In this document: positions 38,698-51,640 of the stretch, in pieces
How positions within the stretch are numbered: the stretch's first letter is position 1
Layout of the letters: every line of letters begins with the position of its first letter
Made by a program: the position numbers and the translations under genes
Assembly: GCA_040437565.1 (NCBI GenBank)
Contig: JBDOQK010000001.1
Span: 434,001 to 498,000, forward strand
Direction: 5' to 3'
Origin: Albugo candida
Lineage: Eukaryota
Length of the DNA: 64,000 bases
The notes under the pieces: model-generated
Database searches by the model: none
The model's input: the letters and a program-made list of their open reading frames with translations, nothing else
What the model was told of the DNA's origin: nothing

Positions 38698-41596
38698 TGT
38701 TCAAAGGAATGATGCCAGTGCAAATGTAGGAGTGTTATTTATTGTTATCTACATGCTACGACGGTTTTGTCTCTTCACAAGACATCATCTTCGCCTGTTT
38801 TTCTACACCATCCAAGGATAGAAATAGCCGGTACTCCGAAGTGGTCGGTCGCAGAAACGCTTTGACAGCGACTGTTGCTCTTCCGATACTCCTCCTCGGA
38901 CGACGCGCTTCAACCGTCCCACCTGCCCACAATCACACAAGATTAAACAATCCTCGCAACTCCGTCACCCTGGGCGCCGATAGTGTTTTCGTCAACAGGT
39001 CCGCCTTCATGAGCTTCGACTGCAAGAATTCAGGTTTGACTATACCTTTTTTGGCATAATCCCAGATGAACTTAATTCGCACATTCACGCGTTTCGTACT
39101 TGACATGCTTCCTTCACACTTTAACTGCTTAATTGCTTCTTGATTATCCATCAGCATGCTCATTGGTTCCGTCACAGGAAGCCCAATCTCTTTTAGCATC
39201 TGTCGCAATTCCAGCAGCTCCATATAGACGTGCGATGCCGAGTTAAATTCTGCCTCCAAGTTGGACAGGGACACTCCAGTATGCCTCTTGCATATCCACT
39301 AAGCGATAACTCCATTCACCGCAAGTACCCCTCCAGTTATTAACTTGCGATCGGTTTTATTTGCTGCNNNNNNNNNNNNNNNNNNNNNNNNNNNNNNNNN
39401 NNNNNNNNNNNNNNNNNNNNNNNNNNNNNNNNNNNNNNNNNNNNNNNNNNNNNNNNNNNNNNNNNNNAGCGATTTCCTGGTCGATCACGAGGGGTCATGG
39501 GACCTTTCAAGTCAGACAAGATGACCCCCCCCCCATAACATAAACCGGTGAGTTTACGCCATTGTCATTCTTCGGCTGCAAGTTTCGGGCCTGCTTCACT
39601 TGGGCTCAAGCTAGGCAATGTTTACGTGCTAAGTTGGACAATTCGATTCCGCATGGTGGATGTTTGGCCATGCGAATAATTGTGTCGTAGTTTAGATGCG
39701 CAAGTCTTCTGTTAAAGTGCATGAGCGCTCCTTTTTACACGTTTTGGCTCACTTCACTTTCAGCTTGTGCCAACATCGTTATTAGCATATTCCTTGGTCT
39801 ATTGACGCATCCGCTCCCATGAGACCGCATAACGAGCACATTGTTCATCTTATCGACATCAAAGATGGCCATCCCACTTTCCACGTTGGTGACGACCCTG
39901 TGATTCCCTATGTAGGATATCACGAGCCCTTTGGCCTCCAATATGCGATAAAAAATAATGTTCCTTGCAAGGTTTTCGGCATATTGGACGTCCGAAATCC
40001 GAACTCTTGTGACCTTGCCCTTCACTGTGGTTGTGATTGTCACGCTTCCACGCTTCATGATGCACAGGCGGACTTCGTCAGCTGTGACGCACTCGCCATG
40101 AAAGTCCCTGGATCCTCGACCATTTTTTCATCGTTTACCAAGTGACGGCTCGAGTCGCTGTCCACTGACTAATTTTCTTGATTAGCGCTGATGTCGTCCA
40201 ATGCAAGTACAAAATCCACGTCATCGCTTGTTTTTTGTCGACCTTATTCGCGGGACGCGCAGCCTGTATGTGTTCCAGATTTCCGAAACTGTAACACTTC
40301 CGCAAACCTTTGCGCACGTTTCATACGTTGTTCACGACGTCTTCTCCAATGTGCTTTCCGCACAGCTCGATGTCCGTCGACTGCGCGAAGTGTGCCCATT
40401 TCTTTGCTTGACGCAAGTAATCAATTCTTGTCAAGTTCAAGCGCGCCAGCATTGGTTAACTCATCGATGGGTCGGCATAATGGACAATGTTGTCCTATAC
40501 CAAGCTGTCTGCTCCACCACATGCCTCGCTTACTGAGACCAGGTACAAATAGTGTATGGTACAATGCGCTTGGGACTCTTGGGGTCCGTAAATAGTTTCA
40601 TGCTCTTTGCTGGAAGAGATCTTCGTTGCGAACGTATGAAGAAGCCTTTGTATGGCGTGCTCCAATGTCGGCTCCCCCTGCCATCAACCTTCAATTTGGA
40701 GACTTTAGTAATGATCATCCATTCCCGCGAGATTGAGTCGAAGTACGTCTATCTTGACATCTTCTGTCCTCGCAAACCTACTTGCTGTCTTATCGAAAGA
40801 GACTTCCCGTACAGACTTCTTCCCCCAGGACAGGAAACCACCTCTTAGACCCTGGTAAAGCTCCTTTCCATCAAATTGACGAATGCTCATCTTGCGCTGT
40901 CTTTCGTCACGCACTTTCTCATGCGACGGGTCGTTTTGCGGTTTCGGCTGCTGCTGATACACTGGAGGTGGCATGTACTGTTGTGGCAACCCCGGCTGCG
41001 GAGCCTGTGAAAACTCGACATTGTGAGCCGCCCGTGCATACCCAGGTTGATTCACCCCGAAGTATGTTCTTAGAGAAGGGTTTGGCGACCGAGCTCTCGG
41101 CGATGTCACATCGAGAGAACCCCGATTCACAGGCTGTCCCTGGCTGATCACCGAGCTGAATACGTGGGACTCTCTCTCCAGTAACTGGTCCTTGTCTTCT
41201 TGTGGCGCCTCTAGCTTGACCATTCGCTTCGCTAGTCCCGTCAGAGGTCCCCCAGCCTGTCATCAGTGTTCCGTGGCATCGTCTCTGACTTGACTTCTAA
41301 GTCATGACTTCGTAGATTAACGGCCTCTTCGCGGGCAGCAACTGTCTTAGGCTCCGCGGTTGGCTCCACCGCGTGGGCGGCATTATCGATTGGGCATATA
41401 ACCTGTTCAATGGAATGATGCTAGTGCAAATGTAGAAGTGTTATTTATTGTTATCTACATGCTACGACGGTTTCGTCCCTGCACAAGACATTATCTTCGC
41501 CTGGTTTTTCTACAACGACCAAGGATAGAAGCAGCCGTTACTCCGAAGTGGTCGGTCGACAGCAACGCTATAACAGTGACTGTTGTTCTTCCAATA
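38698..41596 (-). mobile_element. Ty1/Copia LTR retrotransposon (RT region in the gap); LTRs 38698-38888 and 41404-41596
   Basis: Similar LTR pair; TSD tgtaa/tgtga; PBS ggttatatgcccaa; PPT gaggaggag; gag IRQFDGKELY, protease DSGSSRHLV, RNase H EAEF..MDNQ..KADLLTK. Confidence 0.95.
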
Positions 41597-42673
41597 TGTG
41601 ATACTATCGTAGATGTCATGGAAGTGAAGTCGTTAGCAAACAATAAATCTGATCAAAATCTTAATTAGGTGGGTCACACCGAACTATTTTTAGTTGGAAT
41701 TATAAATAGGGAATCGTTATTCATCACTCACCTTTTCTGTGATCTGCACTCAGCCTCAATTGATTTTAAATTAGTGGCCTGTGATTGGTTAAAATAAGTA
41801 TGACAGAATAATAAAAGTCAAATTAAGGGAATCGTTATTCAGCCCCCATCCTCCATAAAGTACTGGCAAACGTAGCCTCTGATTGGTCTGAATGAATGCA
41901 ACGGAATAATTAAAATATAAATCAGTCACACTGTTGTCTCCTCCAGCTTCAATTTACCTGTAGGCTTGACGAGATCTACAATGGACTATCGTTGCTCCAA
42001 CAATCTTTGTCACCAGGTAATACCGCTGCCTGCTAATCATTTTGATCAGCATTGGTGACTGATACAGCCAATGCCAGCACATATTGAGGTTGGGACCATG
42101 CCAATTGGCATTAAGATAGCATGGGAGAGGATAAATGATGAGTTGGGAAATGCGTCCGATCATATTAGGCGTGCGCTGCTAGACTATGTCTTGGCAGTCA
42201 CAGAGACAGAAACTCGCGATCCTGTGCGGGTGCGCACGCGTGGTAGGACATCGGGCTCAACGCAGCGACTTCCATCGAAGTTTAAGCATGTTAGCGCTGC
42301 TGTGGGTGCTCCTGTGCATCGCCGAAGACGTCAAAAATTCCAAAAGACAGGTCTTAATGCCATAACCTGCCGTCGAGAATCAACAGCACACCAATAGTAA
42401 CAGCAACACTTGAAGCAGTAGATTTAGATACACGCTTAGATCAAGTAGTACAAAATTTGCAGAAACCGAAATTTTTTTTTGATTTCATTGTTTTCATTTC
42501 GTTGCATTAATCAGACCAATCAGAGGCCAAGAAATCATAAATTTATGAATGGTGCGGGCTGATTACTGATTCCCGTGATTTATTTTTATTTATTCTCTCA
42601 TATTTGTTTAAACCAATCAGAGGCCCCAATTGCCATCAATTTATGGAGGCTGAGTGATGATTACAGAAAAATA

Positions 42674-44952
42674 GGGAATTGCTATTTCAACCCATCCTTT
42701 TGCTATTTCCACCCACCAATGTAATTTTTTGACCAATCAGATTATGACGTTATTAACACACCAATTTTTACTATTTCCACCCACCTTTCTATTATATGAT
42801 TGGGCAAGTTTCATATATGCAAATTCATTTTTTGGTTTTACTTTGCTCACCTGCATTTTGCCTACAAGATGAAAATAGTGTTGAAATCTTCGTGGGACAT
42901 TTTCGGAGATCATGTCCCTCCCTGTTACATTTTTTACATCGCCGCTTAGGCTTCATTGCATACTCGAATGCTGACGGTTCGCGCTTTGTTGAAGAAATGA
43001 GAACCTTATTTTGGGCCCCAAGTATACGTCCTTTCGCCTTCACGATAGAAGGTTCAGCAAGACCTGCAAATTCCCACTTACCAATTCCAAAATTTTAGCA
43101 TGAATGATTGACTGTTGGGCTGGCGAACAATTCAATTAGCGGCTTTCCAGTGCTTTCAAGTAGAGCTGAAAGATGCGATGTTGTTCGGCATGATGGAAAT
43201 TTGCTTAGCCCCTTCCGTTATTGCATTGTTATTAATGTCACCTAGGTGTCAATGCTGGTGGATCATTGTTAAGGGTATGGGGCTGTTAAAAAGATCACGG
43301 ATTTCATGCATACATGATAATCCCATAGAACTCCGCAACGTATGACTTCAGGCATTCTTCAAATCCTCTTCCGGTCTATTAAATTGCTCTTCGATTTTTT
43401 CAGAGCAAAAACGGAGACGCGTCCAGCCAGTTGCTCATAAATTTACACTACCAAGGAATACATGTGGGATTCGGATGCGTTCGCTAGCAATTTTTGCTTC
43501 AAGCTCCCGGGATTGGTGCTCAATGGCTTGCTTCATTCTTGCCTCAACAAGATCCAGACTTCCAGAAGATGTTTGTATGTACCGCTTCAAAGCTGAACGC
43601 GCTCCTTCAACCGCCTACGTCGAAGTATTTTGAAAATGCATCACCTTGTCTGTCTAGTCACGCACAAATTTTGCTTTATGCGGAATCCAGGTTTTCTCCA
43701 AATAGCTGACAACGTCCGATTTTCCAGCATACTTAATTTTTGATGTACTCCATCCTGCATCTTAGTTTGCAATTGTCTTTAATCTACAAACATTTGTCCA
43801 ACTTCCCAAAAAATCCTCCCATTCCTCTTTTGTGCCAAATTCTTCCTTGCAATTCGCAACCAAATTTTTCCGATGTGCCACATGCATAGGAGATGTGCGC
43901 AGTCCGGGAAATTTTCCTCAATGGCACCAGCTAGTGCCAAGTCATGATCTGTCACCAGAACATCTGAAGTTTGTACCAACATGTTTCGCAACTGCTGAAT
44001 TGCCCAGGTATAATCTGTCTTCCCCTCCCCTGATAAAAATGCAAAGGCCAAGTAAAATGTTGAGTTCATTCCCGTTCGTCCCACAATGCTCAGCTGAGGC
44101 ATCCTGGATCTGTTCGTTTTGTACGTACAATCCATGAGAAGAATCCCACAATACCGGCGAGCTAAACGGATGGATGTTGAATGAGCCATGAACAGATGTG
44201 TGACGCGCCCATCACCGGTGTTTTTAACACTATACGTCCACGTGCTCGATGTGAGATCATCCATCAAAGCCTGGATCGGGTACCTGGCTGCCATTTCCTT
44301 AGACGACATTGCGCTTTGGCGTTGTAGAAGGTTTTCATCGTAGCCAGAGATTTGGGAAATTCACGACGCAAAAGAGTTAACCACTGACGTGCGGAGATTC
44401 CAACGGGTACGAGTTCCTGTACGCGCCCCTTTTCTTCTTCAGTCCTTCTTCGGCATCCAGGGTGTCCAGTCACACACTCTGAAGGTTCATGATTGTGTTG
44501 GATGTTGCGCATTTTGACCTTCCAGCAACCATCTCCGTTTTTCTTTCCAAATGCCTCCCAAGGACACCCCTGCAGTCTGGTTCCTGTTTTTCGTATCGTT
44601 CCCTCAACGTTTCCAGCAGAGCGTCTCCTACAATCCCCACCAAGATCACAAGCAAGCAAAACTCGCCTGTCTCCATCTGAACGTTTTAGTGACACCCCAT
44701 AGCCAGACTCACGACATACGTGAAGAACGTGTTCAATGAGATCACAACGAGTGGCGAAAGATTGGTTGCAATTAATGAAATGGGACACTGATAAAGGTGG
44801 GTGGAAATAGTAAAATGTTGGGTGGAAATACCGCCGTAATCGGATTGGTCAGAAAGTCACATTGGTGTGGTAATAACGTCATAATATGATTGGTCAAAAA
44901 TTTACATTGGTGGGTGGAAATAGCAAAAAGATGGGTGGAAACAGCAATTCCC
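42674..44952 (-). mobile_element. Full-length MULE, TIR family A, inserted in the right TIR of the family B element
   Basis: ~120-bp TIRs; perfect 8-bp TSD gaaaaata (42666-42673 / 44953-44960). Confidence 0.95.
42825..44788 (-). pseudogene. MULE transposase (FAR1 + MULE + C-terminal knuckle), frameshifted
   Basis: LACDLGG..GCPW..HNH; LLMDCTYKTNR; LVTDHDLAL; HLLCMWHI; STKREPSAFE; CKKCNREGHDLRKC. Confidence 0.95.
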
Positions 44953-44989
44953 GAAAAATAAGTGCTGAATAACGACTCCCTTATACATA

Positions 44990-45555
44990 ATTCCAGAACA
45001 AACTAGCTGACTTCTCTAAATGCTTCGGCTGGCTTGAATATTAGATACAGAAAGGTTTTACTACAAAACCTGGGACAGGTGACAACATGTGACACTTTTT
45101 GACAGGCCTTTATTGTAGCTTCCCGTGGCCAATACACTACCAGACTCTGTTCAACTTGTACGAATTGTACAAGTACCATGTTCCTCAATTGATGTTTTCC
45201 ACTATGCTGAACATTTGTCATTCAACTAGAACTAAGATCGAAGTTATACTTGCACTTGAATGATCGTTGCTAGCCGATTTACCTTTCAAAATACCGAACC
45301 TGCTCATCAAACTTAGGATAGGATATAAAAAACGCTGAAACTAATCAGATTGCTTCTCGCTGGGTGGACAATAGATAGCCACTCCGTTCAGCCAAAGCGC
45401 GGTGAAATTTCTTATAATAGAAGTCATAGCCTGGATAGAATTTGCTAGTAATGCTTACTATTCTTCAGTATCGCAGCACAAAAAGAAAGGTATGATACGG
45501 CCAACGTAGTCGGGATGAATAAAATTGATCAAAATTGAGTAGCAGCTCTAGGCAT
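44990..45555 (-). pseudogene. Decayed putative secreted-protein gene, probably continuing beyond the MULE and Copia insertions
   Basis: MPRAATQF*SILFIPTTLAVS hydrophobic start; ORF piece 45003-45221. Confidence 0.3.
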
Positions 45556-45605
45556 ATCACTTCGTGTGTTCTCATGTTGAGCAATGTTGAACTTATTACA
45601 CTCCT

Positions 45606-46708
45606 CTACACGAAGCATGACCACACAAGATTATCAGGCTCAATATCTTTATACACCCGGAACCGAGATCGAAAGATACGGCAAGGTTTCAAAGATAAGA
45701 CGATGTAACCGAAAACTTTCAAAAACATTTTATATCTGTAGCTTCCAATCACTCTCCCTATAAGTTTCATGGTATGATGTTCGTTCATCCAGGATGGTCC
45801 CACACGATTCGAGAGAGGTAGAAGCGTTGATAGCGGGTAAAAACTCATCTTTTCTGAGGTTCATACTTTCGGACAAAACGGCTTGATTATGTCTGTGGCT
45901 GAATCCAAATGATGAGAACGCGTATCAAGTGGATACATGCACTAGCTAGATGATTTCGTTTCAAATTCGATCAAAGAACTCTTCTATAGCCACATCGTCC
46001 CTTCGTAGGTCATATTGACCCATCTCTGAAAAATGCCTTGTAGAGTTCGAATCTCGATAGCTGAAAGGAACGATTTACGAAGTATCCGGTGTTGTTTGGC
46101 ACCATGCTAAAAATGTATCAGGCATTTTACGTACCCCGATTACGAGTAGCAGCTTTCTCATGTAATTCTAGGTAGGCGTGGAACCACATTGGTGTTCAAT
46201 GAAATACTAACGGTGTAAGAGATCATTCTTATAAGAATATAATACTACAGTCCATCGGATGCCATATTCTGAGTACGCATTCCCATCAAGAAGCTCTGAT
46301 TTCTCATTGAACCATTTTACCATGTCGATGTGGTGCTATGGTGAGTATATCCCTCGACTTTTGTGGTCCAAAGGAAGTCTGGATAAGCTGTACTAATATT
46401 TTCGAAGCAATTGTTCAATTCGCAGGAANNNNNNNNNNNNNNNNNNNNNNNNNNNNNNNNNNNNNNNNNNNNNNNNNNNNNNNNNNNNNNNNNNNNNNNN
46501 NNNNNNNNNNNNNNNNNNNNNNNNNNNNTCTGATTTCTCATTGAACCATTTTACCATGTCGATGTGGTGCTATGGTGAGTATATCCCTCGACTTTTGTGG
46601 TCCAAAGGAAGTCTGGATAAGCTGTACTAATATTTTCGAAGCAATTGTTCAATTCGCAGGAACAATTGCAGACGAAAAGATGCAAACTGCGATATGAATT
46701 GATTGCAT
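45606..46708 (-). pseudogene. Decayed secreted-protein gene of family B
   Basis: MQSIHIAVCIFSSAIVPAN*TIAS; DMVKWFNE; HQCGST; GYVKCLIHF*HG; homologous to 26153+ and 48476+. Confidence 0.7.
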
Positions 46709-46984
46709 TGTATTAAGAACAAAGGAGCACCTTATGTTACTCCACGTCATGGTGTAATACAAGTGTGATATTGCTTTTAATCATCAACTTCGCTTTCGTA
46801 TCAGTGTACGACAATTGAATCCAATCGATGAAACGTTTTTACAGCGCCCTTTTGCCCAAAACACGGATCACGTGCATCTCATCAACTTGGGAATTAGCTA
46901 TCTTAAATCCAAGTTGGTAATATACGATTCTTTTGCGTGATGGCTGATCGACTCTTGCATGTCGGCGAGGTGGCAAAAATAGTC

Positions 46985-48345
46985 TCATGTCCTTGCATTC
47001 TCAATTGGTTTTGGCCTAGATGCCTCAATACGAAAACGAGCGTTACAATCTATGCGCGAATAATTCCTAAAGCCCTTACACATTGACACTACGCATTGCG
47101 ATCGGTCAGCACTTCCCCGGCCTTCATCGTAATCCAATTGTGTGGAGAAGGATGTTTGAAGAGTGACGTTGGGATCTAAGTTATATATCTCTCCTGCGTA
47201 ACTCGAACACAATCTCAAGACGCTCACCGAAGCGTTCCGGATTAAGATGGAAAAATGAATCTGGTACCGCATCCATACCTGAAAATTGAGTAGTTCGTAT
47301 GTTCTTTATCGCTTCGGCTATAACGGTCAACCTTCACCGACCTGAGAGGTGATTTTGCTTTTCTGATTTTAGTGACACTTGATACGAGTCCATTGTCTTT
47401 TGTCCTATACCACAATTATAGGTGAGTCGGTATATGGTCTATCTTAAGTGACCATAATAGCACTAAAATGATCTCCGAACTCGAATAATAAATTTCCGTG
47501 CGCTTTATTCCAATATGGCGGCTTTTTGGGAACATTTCTGATCCGCTCGCAAAGGAAAGAAATGTCGGGAGATAGAAAATGTTTTTGAAAGCTTTCACCT
47601 TTCTTTTACACGGAATGATATTCGACCAAAGCTCAGTATCATCGATGACTCGATTCGAAAATACGCCATACTGATTGTTGTAGTCCTAAGGACGATCAAT
47701 GGTTTGTAAAGGTCTTTCAAAACTATTATCTGCCGAATGTTGTAAACGCCGAGCGCCTACAATACCGAACTGAGTAGCCCATAACCATTTCACAGCAACG
47801 TAAAGACAAATCAGGGGATCATCTCTCAGTATTCCTTTTTTATAGCAATCGTATTTTTGCAAAATGCAATTCGGTAGCATAAAAAAACGGCATTTCGATC
47901 ATTTACACGACTGTTGCAATTAGAGAATTCTTATGGGCGACTGGACGTTGCTTTCCAAGCCGCCAAATGGGTTCTTCACGCAGTTTGAACTAATTGAAGT
48001 CGACTGCGATGGATCTGGTGCGATGATTGACTTGAAGAAATCTGCCTTGCCGTAGATGGATCAGACCACGCCGTATCCTCGTACTCTCAATGCGTCCATA
48101 CTCGGTTGAAAATTTGTTCAAGTACTTGGTAATTCCGTTCGGCCAGCCACCAACACAGTGGATGCTTATCTAACTCTTGATGATCGTTTTCACGACGGGT
48201 TTGGTGTACGGTTTCGACGTGCACCAATAGTCACTGGTCGACTACTGGTTGCGCAGACGCTGATTTTCTCACGTATGTGGCATTAGACGATGTACTTGTA
48301 CATACTAGCAGAGACCATTAGACAATGGCAGTCGATGCTTTAAAC
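46985..48345 (-). pseudogene. Decayed gene of family A
   Basis: FKASTAIV*WSLLVCTSTSS-NATYVRKSASAQPVVD; nucleotide homology to ~25750-26030; Cys-containing ORF pieces downstream. Confidence 0.6.
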
Positions 48346-48475
48346 CTTTATGCTTGGTCGGAAACACAAAACAGACCCGAAGCACGTTTCCCTGATACGC
48401 AAAAAGTTTTTATCTTTTAGTCGATAGGTTGCTGGACTACGAGTTCCTTTTTCGGTGAAAGGACGAAAAGCTACA

Positions 48476-49080
48476 ATGCAATCAATTCCTATCGCAGTTT
48501 GCATCTTTTCGTCTACAATTTTTCCTGCGAATTGNNNNNNNNNNNNNNNNNNNNNNNNNNNNNNNNNNNNNNNNNNNNNNNNNNNNNNNNNNNNNNNNNN
48601 NNNNNNNNNNNNNNNNNNNNNNNNNNNNNNNNNNGTCGAAGAGCTGATTAGATCCTATATGGACGGAATAAAGTTACTGGGTAAGCTTTACAATGAAGTC
48701 ACTTAGCTACTAGAGTGTATTCACTCGACGACTAGTCTCATCATTTGGATCCAACCAAACCCAAGTGGACGACTGTCACATGTGTGAGAACAGGGCAAGG
48801 ATAGAAAACATTTTTCCCCATCTATTTCACGCTCTCAACTCTCACGAATCGTCTGGAGACTTCCCGAACCAGCAATAGTCGGAAACGTGTACTACCAATT
48901 CTGAGGATCTACAGATCCGTCTAACATTTCAGATGTTGCCCAGTCGATCACGTTCTTACATCCAAACGATATCAAATCCGATGTTATATTGTGCAGGCAG
49001 CCTTCGTGTGGCGCACTGGAATTCGATCAAAATACTTCCTCGAGACTGATAACAAGACATTATGTCCAGCACTACGACCG
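48476..49080 (+). pseudogene. Secreted-protein gene of family B, partly in the gap, 3' part decayed
   Basis: MQSIPIAVCIFSSTIFPAN; 48700-49080 aligns with 26680-27140. Confidence 0.7.
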
Positions 49081-49115
49081 GCATAGAAAGAATATTAGTA
49101 CATTATACCCGATTT

Positions 49116-49420
49116 ATGGCTTGCAACTCAAGTGGCGATACTTTACTTCATATGTACGGTAGGAATCGTCGTTTGTTCAAGCACTGATCATCAACTCCGA
49201 CAGTTCCAGCACTTCCGTAATGAACACTACGTTAAAGGCGCACGGTTCGGTACTTTCGAAGACAGTATTACGAGCAAGGCGAACACATTCGGCTTGTCGA
49301 GGTGTCAGATCAGCAAGCACAACTATGTGGATTACTCAGACTTCAACGATTATTGCTGCTTGTACGGTACCGGCAAGTAGGAGTGCAAGTGTAACTACGT
49401 TGAGCCTATTGTGAGGCACA
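49116..49420 (+). pseudogene. Small secreted Cys-rich protein gene with a frameshift after the ATG and an internal stop
   Basis: MACNS(fs)VAILYFICTVGIVVCSS-TDHQ...RCQISK..DYCCLYGTGK*ECKCNY. Confidence 0.55.
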
Positions 49421-49435
49421 CCAACTGCAAAACAC

Positions 49436-51640
49436 GGTACTTCTGAACAGTTGTACTCCTCCAAACCATCGTTGCATTGATTGTATTTGATACTTCTGAG
49501 AAAGAATGATAAAAATGATCTTTTTTCTAAACGCTCTAGCTTCAAAAGTAGCTGTTTAGACGAACGTTGCGCGTGAATATCAAATATCAGCGTTTCTTGG
49601 GACAAAGCTGGCAATTGTATCTCATCAAGCCATCATTGTGTTGTTTGCATTCAGTACTTCTCAACAAAGACGATGAACTGATCTTGTTCTGAGAATCTTT
49701 ACCATCAAGAGTAGCTTTTTTCGTGTGATCTTTCTGCCCGAAGAATAGATTCAAAATATCGTTGGCAGATTTGTAGGGATTTGTCACACAGCTCATTTAT
49801 ATTAGTTCTTTTTATCACTTGGACATTGCTGGCAATCGTATTCCTTCAACCCATTCTTGCCTTAGTTGTCGTTGGTTCATCCGAGGAAGGGCGATAAAAT
49901 GATCTTGTTCCGAAACGTTTNNNNNNNNNNNNNNNNNNNNNNNNNNNNNNNNNNNNNNNNNNNNNNNNNNNNNNNNNNNNNNNNNNNNNNNNNNNNNNNN
50001 NNNNNNNNNNNNNNNNNNNNCAGAGTCGTGCGAAGCATATTGACATAAGATATCACTTCATTCGAGAACAAGTTCAACGAGGCAACATAGAAATCAAGTA
50101 TATCAAATGAAAGGATCAACTGGCCGATTTTTTTAACGAAAGCCATTTCGACGAAACAACTCCAGAAATTCGTACCGAATCTAAATGTCAGAATTGTACG
50201 TCGAGGGGGAGTGTCGCAATGGAATCAGCCAATCATCATATTGGAAAAGGATTCCGCCAATCGGATGCTGATATGCGAAGTCGAGAAACAATGTAAAGAC
50301 AGTGCATCATATTCCACCAATCAAGATTCATACAACGCAGCTATACGACAATGCGTAAAGTCTAGGGCTTAGAACAGTAACAACAACTAAGGACCCTAAT
50401 ATATTCACTTCCATTTTACCAACTGAAACAAGAACATATGCTAGTTTTAGTCCCGCCCCTTGACATTGCTGGCAATTGTACTCCTTCAACACATTCTTGC
50501 CCTAGTTGTCGTTGGTTCATCTGAGAAAGGGCGATAAAATGATCTTGTTCCGAAACGTTTTAGCTTCAGATGCAGCTTTTTTCGGTATATTTGTCACATG
50601 CGGATTGAATATAAACATTTCTGGTACATGGTTTAGAAAACAATCAAAAAGCTCACATGTTCAAGTNNNNNNNNNNNNNNNNNNNNNNNNNNNNNNNNNN
50701 NNNNNNNNNNNNNNNNNNNNNNNNNNNNNNNNNNNNNNNNNNNNNNNNNNNNNNNNNNNNNNNNNNCTCCAAACCATTCTTGCCTTAGTTGTCGTTGGTT
50801 CATCCGAGGAAGGGCGATAAAACTATCTTGTTACGAAACGTTTTAGCTTCACATGTAGCTTTTTTTATATATTTGTCACGTTCGGATTGATTATAAACAT
50901 TTTTGGTACATGGTTTAGAAAACATTAAAAAAGCTCACATTTTGAAGTTCCGAGATACAAAGATAACTTTGAAAAAGCGTGCAATTGTATCTCATCAAAC
51001 TATCGTTGTGTTGGTTGTAATCGGTGCTTCTCACAAAAGACGATGAAATGATCTTGTTCTGAAAATCTCTAGCGTCAAAAGTAGCTTTTATCGTGTGGTC
51101 TTTTTGCCCGAAGAAAAAATTTCACAACAATACGGTCATATAGTTAGAGAAATATCACACAGCTCACATATTTTTGTTTTCATCTATCACTTTGACAAAG
51201 CTACCAATTGAGTCCCTTCGAACCATTGTTGCGTTTCTTCTGTCCAGTACTTCTCACGAAAGACGACAAAATGATCTTGTTCTGAGAAGCTTCAGCTTCA
51301 AACGTTGCTGTTTTTTGTGAACTTTGCGCTGAGATTAAATATAAATGTTGCTTGTAATTGTTTTACAAAATAATTGCAATTCCCACGCAATAAAGTTCCG
51401 ATCAAGCAAGTTAATGTTGACAAATCTGTCGAGTGTATTATTTGAAACCATCGTTGTATTGATTGTGTGTGATACTTTTAAGAGAAGGCCGACAGTATGA
51501 TTCTTGCCTGAACAGCTTCACCTTCAAACGTATTTTTTTGTGTTGGATCTCTGCGCGTGGCGGTGTAAGAGAAAAGTTTCATGCACGCGTTTTGGAAAAT
51601 TATTACAAAGCTCTCATATTTTAGTTCTGGTTCAGCGCAT
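49436..51640 (-). pseudogene. Tandem-repeat gene: at least 8 diverged ~220-bp (~75-aa) units with paired CxxC motifs
   Basis: Units begin near 49440, 49600, 49820, 50460, 50767 (partial), 50969, 51191, 51417; minus-strand consensus CELC...KKAT.EAK.F.NKII.S.FL.....NDGL.EYNCQ.CQ; ATG at 51640. Confidence 0.8.
50021..50430 (+). mobile_element. 3' end of a Copia element (RNase H tail, PPT, LTR ~50212-50430) lying within the repeat array
   Basis: SRAKHIDIRYHFIREQV...QLADFLTKA; PPT gagggggag then TGTCGCA...TGAAACA. Confidence 0.85.

Larger units (their letters stand above)
41709..44980. mobile_element. Non-autonomous MULE, TIR family B, carrying a transposase 3' fragment (42071-42397) and a nested family A element
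   Basis: GGGAATCGTTATTCA...TGAATAACGACTCCC; TSD ttataaata/ttatacata; DPVRVRTRGR..STQRLPSKF. Confidence 0.9.

Noticed and set aside
10597-51640. Canonical RxLR-dEER or CRN (LxLFLAK) effectors
   Set aside because: No such motif seen after any of the signal-like N-termini.
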